This document shows positions 37,282-46,440 of a stretch of 64,000 bases of DNA, piece by piece (position 1 is the first letter of the stretch; the number at the start of each line of letters is the position of its first letter). The notes under the pieces are model-generated. The model worked only from the letters and a program-made list of their open reading frames with translations. It was not told where the DNA came from and searched no databases. Both the position numbers and the translations under genes were made by a program. The DNA comes from a candidate division WOR-3 bacterium. Its GTDB lineage: Bacteria > SDB-A. The DNA is taken from the NCBI GenBank assembly GCA_016926475.1, contig JAFGON010000021.1, positions 9,626 to 73,625 of the forward strand, written 5' to 3'.

Positions 37282-38628
37282 TTACTGACATTTATAACCA
37301 CGCAGTTTTCTCTTGAGGGTGGAAAGAGAAATTCCAAGGTCTCTCGCGGTCTTGGCTAAATTTCCTCTGTTTTCTTCCAAAACGCTTTTTATATGCTCGG
37401 TCTCCACATCTATGAGCTTAACGGTTTTTTGTCTTGACATCTCGGGGATTCCAAATTTTTTTTCGATACCCAGCAACAGCATCTTCGAAGGAAATATCTC
37501 GTCGCCAGTCGCCAAAATGACAGCCCTTTCTATTATATTCCTCATTTCTCTCGCGTTTCCATTCCACCCGTAAGCCATGAGTATTTGGATTTCGCTTTCA
37601 GGGATTTTCAGTTCTTTACCGCCGTCAATACTGTTTAAAAAATACAGCGCCAGGTCTCTTATATCCTGCCTTCTCTCTCTGAGAGGTGGTATTTCGATTC
37701 TAATGACATTCAGCCTGTAATAGAGGTCTTTTCTAAAGAGGTTAACTTCCTGGTTCGCGTCTATGTCCGAATTTGTCGCTGCGATAATTCTCGCGTCGGT
37801 TTTTCTCATAACGACGTCACCGAGCCGTCTGAATTTTTTTTCCTCGAGAACCCCTAAAAGTTTCGATTGAAGCGTCAGGGGCATCTCTCCAATTTCATCG
37901 AGAAGAAGTGTCCCTTGATCCGCGACTTCAAAAAGCCCTTTTTTATCCCCTTCGGCTCCCGTGAAAGCCCCTTTCTTATATCCAAAAAGCTCCGCTTCCA
38001 CAAGGCTTTCCGGCAGAGCCGAACAGTTGACGCTGACAAAAGGTCCTTTCTTTCTGCTTTTTTTGTGTATTGTTTTTGCCAATAGCGTCTTACCGGTTCC
38101 TGTCTCGCCTGTAATCAGAACGGGAGAATCTGATTTTGCTGCAAAATCTGCCAGTTCCTCAATTTTTGTTTTAACCTCCGATGAACCTGCAAAGACAAGA
38201 TCATCCTCTTCCTTCTGCTTTAAGTACCTCAAGTCTTCAATCCCTCTTTCGAGGTCGATGTGTTTAAGGCTTCTTTCAACGACGAGGATCAATTCTTCCA
38301 AGTTGAAAGGTTTGGACAAATACCAGAAAGCACCGACTTCTATGGCTTTGACAGCATTATCGAAACTCGGGAAAGCTGTCGAAAATATTATTTTCGCCTT
38401 ATCGTTGTAACCGAGTATTTTTTCGCATATTTTATATCCCTCTACATCAGGGAGTTTCTGGTCTAAAACCACTACATCAACAGCTTCTTTTGAACATATC
38501 TCAAGGCCTTTTCCGCCTGTTTCAGCGGTGAATACTCTCATCCCTCTGCCGCTGAAAAGATCGGAAAGGGTCGAAGAAAAAATCTCATCGTCGTCTATGA
38601 CGAGCAGGCTTTTGTCTTTCAGCAGCAT
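37282..38628 (-). CDS. Sigma54-dependent response regulator (NtrC family)
   Basis: Receiver; GETGTGKT; GAFTGA; LLDEIGEMP; FRKDLYYRLNV; HTH. Confidence 0.93.
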   Translation of the reverse strand: MLLKDKSLLVIDDDEIFSSTLSDLFSGRGMRVFTAETGGKGLEICSKEAVDVVVLDQKLPDVEGYKICEKILGYNDKAKIIFSTAFPSFDNAVKAIEVGAFWYLSKPFNLEELILVVERSLKHIDLERGIEDLRYLKQKEEDDLVFAGSSEVKTKIEELADFAAKSDSPVLITGETGTGKTLLAKTIHKKSRKKGPFVSVNCSALPESLVEAELFGYKKGAFTGAEGDKKGLFEVADQGTLLLDEIGEMPLTLQSKLLGVLEEKKFRRLGDVVMRKTDARIIAATNSDIDANQEVNLFRKDLYYRLNVIRIEIPPLRERRQDIRDLALYFLNSIDGGKELKIPESEIQILMAYGWNGNAREMRNIIERAVILATGDEIFPSKMLLLGIEKKFGIPEMSRQKTVKLIDVETEHIKSVLEENRGNLAKTARDLGISLSTLKRKLRGYKCQ

Positions 38629-39621
38629 CTATTCACCCTCGGTGAGTTGTATCAGCGCTTCAGTCCCCTTTTTCCCGCTCCTTATTTGGATTGAACCTCC
38701 CATTTTGAACAGGAGGTTTTTTACTATTGTCAAACCCATGCCGGTGCCTTTGGGTTTTATGGTGTAAAAAGGAAAAAATATCTTTTCGCTTAAATCTTCT
38801 GAAATTCCTATTCCGTTGTCTGTAATTTTCAGAAATACCCCTGACTCAGAGAGCGACACTTCAATTTCAATTTTCGGGTCCTGGGAGCCTTCTACGGCAT
38901 CCATCGCGTTAGTTATCACGTTCAAGAGGACCTGCTGCAGGGCTCTTTCGTCAGCTTTTGCGAAAATAAACGGTTCGGTGTATTTAATGCTGAAGCCTAT
39001 CCGTCTCTTGGTCATGTCTGTGATAATCAACTTGGAAAACTTTTCAAAAAATGACCTCAAACTGAAAGTCTTCATCTTGATGTCCTCATGGGCGTTGAAG
39101 ACTTTAAACATCCTCAACAGATACTCAATTCTGTTAATCTCGGTCAAGACGCTTTCGAGATACTCCAATGTTTTTTTTTCCGGGAAATTCTGAATGTTTT
39201 CTCTTAGAACACTGGCCATCGTCTTTATAGAATTGAGAGGGTTTCCCACTTCATGAGAAAAGCCCGAGAAAATATATCCTATGTTGTCCATGGTCGCGGA
39301 TGCTTCGGCTATCTTTTGAAGTCTTTCTTTCTCGGTGATATCGTTGACAAGTATTGCCGCGTTTCCCTTCGGCGTCGAGTATATAGAATAGCCGAGGGTC
39401 TTTTCTCCGTAACGGATTTCTCTCTGTCTTTTCTCCGGCCACAGAAGGTTTTTCCCGCTGATGCCGAGAATCTCTAAAATTTCATCACAGGAAGATGTCT
39501 GAAGGATATTTAGCGCGAAATTGTTTACGAAAAGAGTCTTTCTTTTCTCCGCGTCTATCAGGATAAAACCTGTTTCAATCTTTTCGATGATCTCGACGCA
39601 TTCGATCTTTTCTAAATCCAA
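38629..39621 (-). CDS. Cytoplasmic PAS-containing histidine kinase
   Basis: No TM helix; SHEVGNPL H-box; NVITNA, DNGIGI, FFPFYT, GTGMGL. Confidence 0.9.
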   Translation of the reverse strand: MDLEKIECVEIIEKIETGFILIDAEKRKTLFVNNFALNILQTSSCDEILEILGISGKNLLWPEKRQREIRYGEKTLGYSIYSTPKGNAAILVNDITEKERLQKIAEASATMDNIGYIFSGFSHEVGNPLNSIKTMASVLRENIQNFPEKKTLEYLESVLTEINRIEYLLRMFKVFNAHEDIKMKTFSLRSFFEKFSKLIITDMTKRRIGFSIKYTEPFIFAKADERALQQVLLNVITNAMDAVEGSQDPKIEIEVSLSESGVFLKITDNGIGISEDLSEKIFFPFYTIKPKGTGMGLTIVKNLLFKMGGSIQIRSGKKGTEALIQLTEGE

Positions 39622-39661
39622 AAAAACCCCCTGGCCTAATTCTAACAGAAGTTACAGGTAT

Positions 39662-42600
39662 TTAAAACAGGACTTTTATTCCCGTGGAGAGTTTTTGGTA
39701 AGTGCTTTCTTCAAACCTCTTTTCCCCTCCGTAAGAGAAGAAGAATTGTAAATTAGCAGATAAATAGGCGTTGGAGGTCAAATCCCAGTGCAAGACATAA
39801 CCCTGACAGTCGGTCGCCCTGAGTTGAGCCGGAATTGTTTTTGTAGAATAGAAGTTATACGTCAGCCCCAATGAAAAATCAGATCTTAAAGCCCCTGAAA
39901 GCGACAAGCCGCCTGACAGATCTGTTTTGTAAAGGTTGAATTCACCTATTCCCGGGTAATTCAGGTAACCCCTGTATTTTCTCGCCTCCAATTCGAAGAC
40001 AAGTCTTGGTTCAAGGCGGCCGAATTCCGCCCCTGCCAAAGTCTTTGTCGTAAACTCTTCGTAACTCGCCGTTTCGTCCAAAGAAAGCTTTCTGGAAGCA
40101 TGCCTGTAAAAAGATAAATCCTCCCGGAAGCGAAAATTGGAATCGAATTCGTATCCGGCTGACAAACCGCCCTTCGATCTTGAAATATCCTCTTCTTCGG
40201 GAGAGCTGAAATAGTTCTCTATTTCAAGATACCCCCATATTTCTGAAATTTCACGGATGTATCTCCGGAAACCTGCGCGTAAAATCCTCGAACCTTTTAC
40301 TGTGAAGTCTTGCTTCATGGTCTCTTCAGGATGAAAAACAGCCACGGCGAAGGAATTCTCTGAAGAATTTTGCTCAACAGCTTTTAATGAAAACAAGAAA
40401 AGAGTATTTCCTATCTCGGGAGAAAAATCTAAAACAAAGGAAACATCCGTCACCGGTAGAGAAGCGCCTGTCCGCTCCCACCTTCTTATGTATCTACCCC
40501 GAGGGTCAGGATAATAGAAATGGCCTGAGCTGTCATAACTGTAATTTCCTTCGTTTTCTTCAACCTCTTCGAAAATAGCCCTTCGAATATAATGTCTCGT
40601 TCTGGATAGAGAGTATTCCGTTTTCAGAAAAACTCTTCCCGAACTTGTCATCTGAAACACCGCTTTTCCCAAATAGAAAGAACTCTGCGGCGATGGGTTC
40701 AGGCGTCCGGGAAATTCCCTCTTTTTCGAAGCGTAAAACTCAGAAACGATACTGCTGCTTCTGTAAGACCCCTGAACACCCTCTTCCCTTCCGAGGCTGT
40801 ATCCTTCTTTTCTGTCCGCTGTACATATAATTTTGTCGTCGAAAAGCGCGAATACGCTGAAAACGAACCTTTCTGAGAGCAAAAAAGCAATTTTAGCCCT
40901 GGCTCTGTCCGTGACAAACTTCATTGAATCTTCAGCGTTCTCTCTTGAAAGAGTAAGTTCCGGCCTGAAAATAGAATACGCGCATCCGCCAGTCAAAGAA
41001 GTATTAACCATGTTTCTTGAATGCTCATACAATTCCGTGGTGGAGTCGATTCTCTGTTCGATCCTGCCCAAAGAAATATATTTTGAAGAGTTTCCCAAGA
41101 TAAGCGAAAGATATATTCTGCTCTTGTCGAAATCTCTGTTTTTTAGAACCCCGGCGTCGCCCCTAAAGACTATTACATTTTTCAAAGATAAGCTCAATTC
41201 CGATTTCCCCCAAAAACCTCCAGGACACAAAAATGACGAAAAATATTCAATTGGTGATTTATGTCCGTAATCATCAATCGGCGAAAATCTGTCTTCAAGA
41301 GAAACGATTTCCGATCCAAAACTGAAATTATCCCCTGACAGAGAAAGGTTTACGCCAGATGCGTAACCTTGGTTGTCCTCGTCGTCATCCCCGGAAAATA
41401 AATTTTTGTCGTATTCAGACATCGCTCCAGTAACAGAAAACTCGATGTTTCTGTTGCCGAATCCGGCAGACAAAGCTTCTACAGACTTGCTCTTTGCAGG
41501 GCTCACGCGTATCTTTGGGGTATAGTCGCCTGAATTTTCCCCTACATATCTGTACCCGGGAAGAGCGTCATCGTAAACATAATCCCCTTCGGTCGTATCG
41601 ACCTTAAGAAATGAAACTTCGTAAGAACCTTTTTCGTATCCTTTGTAAACGTATACTCCGCCTTCCAATTCGTATGACCCTCTTCTCTGACCCACAAAAA
41701 CACCGGCGTCGATCCATGCCTTGTCTATTGAGTCGCCGAGGTTCTCCAGGATTCCTATTGTCCTGTCGCTTAAGCTGAATCCGAAAGGCGCTTCTTTGAC
41801 GTCGAAAAGTCCGGCTCTGTCGTATTTGACAAAAAAATCTCCTAAAAGAGCTTTTAGCGATACTGAATGAGAAAACCTTCTAAAAGCGTTTCCCGAAGCT
41901 TTATAAAAAACGACCACTCTGTCTTCGTCTTCGAGTTCTACATCCGATGAAAACGTTATAAAAGCTCCGTTGAGGTTTACAATTCTGTAATCTTCCGAAC
42001 CGAGAGGTAGCCCGTTAAGATAAACCCTTTCACTTCCAGGGACTAAATTCCTGTTGTCTGAACTCTCTAGAATCGCGTAAGGTCCCTGAAAACCGAACTG
42101 GACCTCTATTGTGACAACTCTCGACTCCTCTTTAACTTCCCCGTAAGATGCCCCCGCCGAGAAATTCGAGCTGTTTATCTCTGCACGAGCTCCTAAAATA
42201 TCGTCGGATAACTCTCCCGCCAGACCTAAATACCTTTGTTCTTCGATATCTCCGAGTGAAGCGCAAAACACAGGAGATTCGAGGGAAAGAAGAATTTTAT
42301 CTAAATCTCCAAGCGGAACTGGGCCTTCATCTCCTCTACTGCTTATCTGTCCTCCGATCGACCAGTAGTCGTCTACTTCACCTGTGAAATTTACCGCCAA
42401 ATCCTGTCTGATTTCTCCTTTTCCGGCACCGTTCCAAGAAAAACCGAAAGTTTTTTCCCCGCCAATTTCAATTTCCTCATTTTCTTCCAGTGCATTTACA
42501 GCCTCCAAGTCCAAAACATTGGTTGTGTCTTGAATCTGAACAGGTGAAAAAACCGCGTAAACTCTTTGAGAAAACTCAAAAACAGGCACGTATTTAATCG

Positions 42601-42808
42601 TCAGTGTTTCCATAAACGTATCTGGGAAAAATATAGTTCCATTGACAGGGTCTATTTCAGCAGTTGGAACGAAGGGATCTATCTGAACCGAATTTATTAC
42701 AGCCGGTCCGTCGCTAAAATAGTGCAAACCCTGAAACGGCGGATAAATTGTATCTTGAGAAAAAACGAAAGCTTCGATAAGTAAAAAAAACGTCTGCACT
42801 ATATCCAA
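39662..42808 (-). CDS. Large outer-membrane beta-barrel-like hypothetical protein (SprA/Sov-like N-terminal motif)
   Basis: 1048 aa, beta-rich, C-terminal KVLF; QGPY...VPGSERVYLNG..L...DY motif. Confidence 0.6.
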   Translation of the reverse strand: MDIVQTFFLLIEAFVFSQDTIYPPFQGLHYFSDGPAVINSVQIDPFVPTAEIDPVNGTIFFPDTFMETLTIKYVPVFEFSQRVYAVFSPVQIQDTTNVLDLEAVNALEENEEIEIGGEKTFGFSWNGAGKGEIRQDLAVNFTGEVDDYWSIGGQISSRGDEGPVPLGDLDKILLSLESPVFCASLGDIEEQRYLGLAGELSDDILGARAEINSSNFSAGASYGEVKEESRVVTIEVQFGFQGPYAILESSDNRNLVPGSERVYLNGLPLGSEDYRIVNLNGAFITFSSDVELEDEDRVVVFYKASGNAFRRFSHSVSLKALLGDFFVKYDRAGLFDVKEAPFGFSLSDRTIGILENLGDSIDKAWIDAGVFVGQRRGSYELEGGVYVYKGYEKGSYEVSFLKVDTTEGDYVYDDALPGYRYVGENSGDYTPKIRVSPAKSKSVEALSAGFGNRNIEFSVTGAMSEYDKNLFSGDDDEDNQGYASGVNLSLSGDNFSFGSEIVSLEDRFSPIDDYGHKSPIEYFSSFLCPGGFWGKSELSLSLKNVIVFRGDAGVLKNRDFDKSRIYLSLILGNSSKYISLGRIEQRIDSTTELYEHSRNMVNTSLTGGCAYSIFRPELTLSRENAEDSMKFVTDRARAKIAFLLSERFVFSVFALFDDKIICTADRKEGYSLGREEGVQGSYRSSSIVSEFYASKKREFPGRLNPSPQSSFYLGKAVFQMTSSGRVFLKTEYSLSRTRHYIRRAIFEEVEENEGNYSYDSSGHFYYPDPRGRYIRRWERTGASLPVTDVSFVLDFSPEIGNTLFLFSLKAVEQNSSENSFAVAVFHPEETMKQDFTVKGSRILRAGFRRYIREISEIWGYLEIENYFSSPEEEDISRSKGGLSAGYEFDSNFRFREDLSFYRHASRKLSLDETASYEEFTTKTLAGAEFGRLEPRLVFELEARKYRGYLNYPGIGEFNLYKTDLSGGLSLSGALRSDFSLGLTYNFYSTKTIPAQLRATDCQGYVLHWDLTSNAYLSANLQFFFSYGGEKRFEESTYQKLSTGIKVLF

Positions 42809-43242
42809 GAGCGCGTGGCGAGAGAATATTCGATGATTTCATCTTCATCGAAAAATATTCCTATTTCGCGCGAAGCTGATCTGTCGGAATCAGAAGCGTG
42901 AATGATATTCTGCCTTATCCTCATTCCGAAATCTCCCCTTATGGTCCCAGAATCAGCCTTCATCGGGTCGGTTGCCCCGCACATCATTCTCACCACTTCT
43001 ATCACGTTTTCTCCCTCCAGGACCATGACAACCGAAGGTCCGGAGGTGATAAATTCGACTAGAGAATCGTAAAAATCCTTCCCCTGATGTTCTTTGTAAT
43101 GCTCCTGAGCTTTTTCTTTGGTTATGACAGTGAGTTTCATTGCGACTATTTTCAGTCCTCTTTTTTCAAACCTTGATATTATCTCGCCGATAAGTTCTCT
43201 CTGTAAAGCATTAGGTTTGATTATCACAAGCGTCCTCTTCAA
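42799..43242 (-). CDS. ndk: Nucleoside diphosphate kinase
   Basis: RTLVIIKPNA, FITSGP, GTIRGDF, NIIHASDS. Confidence 0.97.
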   Translation of the reverse strand: MKRTLVIIKPNALQRELIGEIISRFEKRGLKIVAMKLTVITKEKAQEHYKEHQGKDFYDSLVEFITSGPSVVMVLEGENVIEVVRMMCGATDPMKADSGTIRGDFGMRIRQNIIHASDSDRSASREIGIFFDEDEIIEYSLATRSWI

Positions 43243-43255
43243 AAATCCCTCCTTT

Positions 43256-44860
43256 TCATCTTAAATCGCCGCATGATCTTAAGGTTCTGGCGAAGTCCGC
43301 TTTTGTGGGCAAGTTTTTCTCGTCAAAAGCGAATACGTCTCCACTTTCCAAATCAGACAAAAAAACCCCTTCTTCTTGCTGTTTTGAGACAAAATGCCTT
43401 TTAGCAAAAAAAAGCAGCCATTCATCTTGTTCGCATATTACTGTTATAGAAGATCTCGCGAGTTCATGCCGTACAATGCGGTTAATATCCTCTCTTTGAG
43501 TTAGGACTGAGGCAGTGTGAGGGGAACCGATTATACTCTTGGTCGAAGAAATGGAAATCAACGTGGGGTATAAAATGCAGAATAAACCGGTAAACAAAAA
43601 ACATTTATCTGAAAAGATTGTTGAGATCAAGAAAAATAAGTATGAGCAAAATAATCCCACTATAAATCCGATGATTACACCCTCTCCTTTTTCAATATAA
43701 TTCAACAACAAAAAGAACGCCGACAATTTCCCGTAAATTCTTCCTGAAGAAAGCGCTTCCGGGTTCGAAAAAAGGTATAGGCCTCCTTTTCCCACATCGA
43801 TTTTATGTATTATTGGCGTAGAGGCATAACGCCTTTGACCACTTGGAACCAGTGAAATCATTCCATTCGTCAATGTCATATTCAAAGGCGTCAACTCTGT
43901 AATCATTGAGTTGACGCTGCCGGTAATCACCGGGAAAAATTGAGAGCTCTTTTTGATGTCCCAAACAGTATCTCCCTCTTTAAATTCAATGGAAGAAATA
44001 GAAAAAATTCGACGGGTGCTATCGGTGCGGAAAATTATAGCTGTTGAAAGTTCTGTCTGCGGCAGCAAATTGGAAAGCAGAATCAGGTTCCATGAGTTCG
44101 GTTTTACTACAAACACCCCTTTGTTTCCATTTTCAATCCAATCCAGTATTTTTTTTGTTTTCTCCGTCTCCAGTGATTCTGATACCACCCACACCTGATC
44201 GAATATTTGATTTTTACCGAGGGTGCTGATTTTAAAAACATCACATCTGCCGGCTTTCAAAAAGTTCTCTGCGTTCAAAAAAGTTCTGTCGAACTCATGG
44301 TCTGGTATATGATAAACGGAAGAGTGCTTTTTCAGGTTTTCATCTCCAAGAAACAGTATTTTTGGATTTTTTTTCACTTGACCAAAAAAGGGTATGACGC
44401 TGGAAAACAGCAACATCGTACCTATGAAGAGGGAAAGCCTGGATCTTTTTTGAACGTCGCTCCATGATAAAAAGAAACTGCAGGCAAAAAAGCCTATCAG
44501 GCAAGCCAGTGGATTTAAGGGTAAAACAACCAAAAGCGACAAAAGAGAAAAATAACTCTTTTTTCCATATCCCTTGAGGCTAAATGAAAGCCCGTAGAGC
44601 AAAGCTGAAAAATCAAAAATTATGGGATCTGCGTTCAGGTTAAAACCAGAAAGAATCCCCATAGTAGTCTTCATGAACATAAAACCAACTGCGATCAAAG
44701 CGAGGGTTTTTCTTTTTTCCCCTTCAAAAAACGCAATTGCTGAAAACAAGGCGACTAATTCGAAATAGTTGCCCAAAGGTGTCAAGAAAAGGAAAATGAC
44801 AAAAAAGCAGGAAACCCACCTTCCAGAACAAACCGAAAGAACGCAAATGGACAGAGCCAT
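43256..44860 (-). CDS. Hypothetical membrane protein (true start possibly upstream at about 44971)
   Basis: Multi-TM N-terminus, soluble middle, C-terminal TMs; fills the gap between the amidohydrolase and ndk. Confidence 0.6.
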   Translation of the reverse strand: MALSICVLSVCSGRWVSCFFVIFLFLTPLGNYFELVALFSAIAFFEGEKRKTLALIAVGFMFMKTTMGILSGFNLNADPIIFDFSALLYGLSFSLKGYGKKSYFSLLSLLVVLPLNPLACLIGFFACSFFLSWSDVQKRSRLSLFIGTMLLFSSVIPFFGQVKKNPKILFLGDENLKKHSSVYHIPDHEFDRTFLNAENFLKAGRCDVFKISTLGKNQIFDQVWVVSESLETEKTKKILDWIENGNKGVFVVKPNSWNLILLSNLLPQTELSTAIIFRTDSTRRIFSISSIEFKEGDTVWDIKKSSQFFPVITGSVNSMITELTPLNMTLTNGMISLVPSGQRRYASTPIIHKIDVGKGGLYLFSNPEALSSGRIYGKLSAFFLLLNYIEKGEGVIIGFIVGLFCSYLFFLISTIFSDKCFLFTGLFCILYPTLISISSTKSIIGSPHTASVLTQREDINRIVRHELARSSITVICEQDEWLLFFAKRHFVSKQQEEGVFLSDLESGDVFAFDEKNLPTKADFARTLRSCGDLR

Positions 44861-44977
44861 GAAAATCGCCGACAGCCCATATACTTCAATTTGCTGGAAG
44901 AGGAGAAAAACTGAAAGAGCCGAAATCGTTAAAATCGGGTTTTTAATTTTTTTCAGTTCAATCCTGGAAATGCTTTA

Positions 44978-46144
44978 TCAGCCTCCGAGTCTTTCTTTGA
45001 GCAAGTTTAAAAACATCCCAACCCCGAGCGTCAGAGCATCTTCGTCGATGTCAAAATAAGGAGAATGATGAGGGTGTGAGGCGGCTTTATCCTTGTTTCC
45101 CGACCCCAGAAACGACATCGCGCCTGGATATTTTTGAAGGTAGAAAGAAAAATCCTCCGCGACAGCGAGTTTTTTGTCGCTTACAACCTTTTTAATACCA
45201 TCGGTTCTAAGCGCCGCGTTTCGAAAATACTCGGAATTTTCCGTATGGTTGACCGTCGGAGGGTAGCTCGCAAAAAGTTTGAAAAGGGTTTTGACTCTGT
45301 AAGCACGTCCGATATTCTCCGTCAATTCTCTTACTCTTTTCAGGATCATGTCTCTTGTCGATTCGTTGAAAGCTCTGAATGTTCCGCTCAAAACAGCCAA
45401 TTCAGGGATGATGTTGTGGGCATCTCCCGCCTTAAACTGACCAACTGTTACGACCGAGCTCTCCAAAGGATCAGTGTTTCTGCTTACGACAGACTGCAAC
45501 GCGAGGACTATATTGGAAGCGGCTACAATGGGGTCGTCCCCGAGGTGAGGTTGAGCTCCATGAGATCCTTTTCCACTGATGATTATCTCGAATTCGTCCG
45601 CGGAAGCTAAAAATTCTCCTGACGGACAGATAAGAGTTCCTGTTTCCACACCAGAATAAAGATGTATGCTGTAAGCTTCTTTTGCTTTGTATTTTTCGAG
45701 AATTCCGCTTTCGACCACTTTTTGACCTCCGGCTCCGCCTTCTTCGGCAGGCTGAAAAACCAGAAGAACCGAACCTCTTAAGCCAAGGTCTTTCCGGGCC
45801 AGTATATCCGCTACTCCCAGCAGCATAGCCATATGCCCGTCGTGTCCGCAAGCATGCATGACGTTGTCGTTTTTGGAAGAATACGAAGCGCCGGTCTTCT
45901 CTTGAATTGGAAGGGCATCCATATCCGCCCTCAGAACAACACAAGGTCCTTCTCCGTAACTTTTGTATCCCGCGACAGACGTAGACACGAAATTATTTTC
46001 TACCTTGAATTCTCTTTCTATCAAATACTTCGAAATAAAACCGGCCGTCTCAACTTCCTTCCACGACAACTCGGGATTCATGTGAAAGTGCCTTCTCAGT
46101 TGGATCAAGTGGTTTTTAAAATTTTCAGAAATATAAGATTTCAT
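44978..46144 (-). CDS. M20D family amidohydrolase (hippurate hydrolase/AbgB-like)
   Basis: RRHFHMNPELS, LRADMDALP, MHACGHDGH, FQPAEE, GSHGAQPH, AEDFSFY, HHSPYF; start at ATG 46144 because the ORF-track extension runs into tRNA-Leu. Confidence 0.93.
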   Translation of the reverse strand: MKSYISENFKNHLIQLRRHFHMNPELSWKEVETAGFISKYLIEREFKVENNFVSTSVAGYKSYGEGPCVVLRADMDALPIQEKTGASYSSKNDNVMHACGHDGHMAMLLGVADILARKDLGLRGSVLLVFQPAEEGGAGGQKVVESGILEKYKAKEAYSIHLYSGVETGTLICPSGEFLASADEFEIIISGKGSHGAQPHLGDDPIVAASNIVLALQSVVSRNTDPLESSVVTVGQFKAGDAHNIIPELAVLSGTFRAFNESTRDMILKRVRELTENIGRAYRVKTLFKLFASYPPTVNHTENSEYFRNAALRTDGIKKVVSDKKLAVAEDFSFYLQKYPGAMSFLGSGNKDKAASHPHHSPYFDIDEDALTLGVGMFLNLLKERLGG

Positions 46145-46156
46145 ACTTTTCCTTCT

Positions 46157-46238
46157 TGCCGGGAGTGGGAATCGAACCCACATGGTGTAAACCGGCGGAT
46201 TTTAAGTCCGCTGCGTATACCGATTTCGCCATCCCGGC
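46157..46238 (-). tRNA. tRNA-Leu (anticodon TAA)
   Basis: GCCGGGA acceptor stem, GCGGA-CTTAAAA-TCCGC anticodon arm, long variable arm, GTTCGA T-loop; CCA not encoded. Confidence 0.95.
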
Positions 46239-46244
46239 TTTTTT

Positions 46245-46316
46245 AGGCGGCGTCCGGACTTGAACCGGAGAATAGCGGTTTTGCAGACCGCCGCCTTACC
46301 GCTTGGCTACGCCGCC
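46245..46316 (-). tRNA. tRNA-Cys (anticodon GCA)
   Basis: GGCGGCG acceptor stem, GCGGT-CTGCAAA-ACCGC anticodon arm, GTTCAA T-loop, U73 discriminator; CCA not encoded. Confidence 0.95.
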
Positions 46317-46325
46317 ACAAAAAAA

Positions 46326-46398
46326 AGCGGGAGACGGGATTCGAACCCGCGACATCCACCTTGGCAAGGTGGCGCTCTACCAACTGAGCTACTCCCGC
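46326..46398 (-). tRNA. tRNA-Gly (anticodon GCC)
   Basis: GCGGGAG acceptor stem, CCACC-TTGCCAA-GGTGG anticodon arm, GTTCGAA T-loop; CCA not encoded. Confidence 0.96.
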
Positions 46399-46409
46399 GA
46401 TTATTTTTG

Positions 46410-46437
46410 ATTTTATCAGAGGCAAACTTTGTGTCAA
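46410..46437 (-). promoter_or_regulatory. Sigma70 promoter for the tRNA Gly-Cys-Leu operon
   Basis: TTGACA-16 nt-TAAAAT with TGn extended -10, 11 nt before tRNA-Gly. Confidence 0.75.
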
Positions 46438-46440
46438 GTT

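Noticed and set aside
37097..37291. 64-aa minus-strand ORF spanning the gap between the two regulators
   Set aside because: No SD or recognisable domain; the region is better explained as a sigma54 promoter/enhancer.
46157..46398. tRNA cluster as a possible integration site or island boundary
   Set aside because: No integrase, no duplicated tRNA 3' end and no phage or plasmid genes nearby; Gly-Cys-Leu is a widely conserved order.
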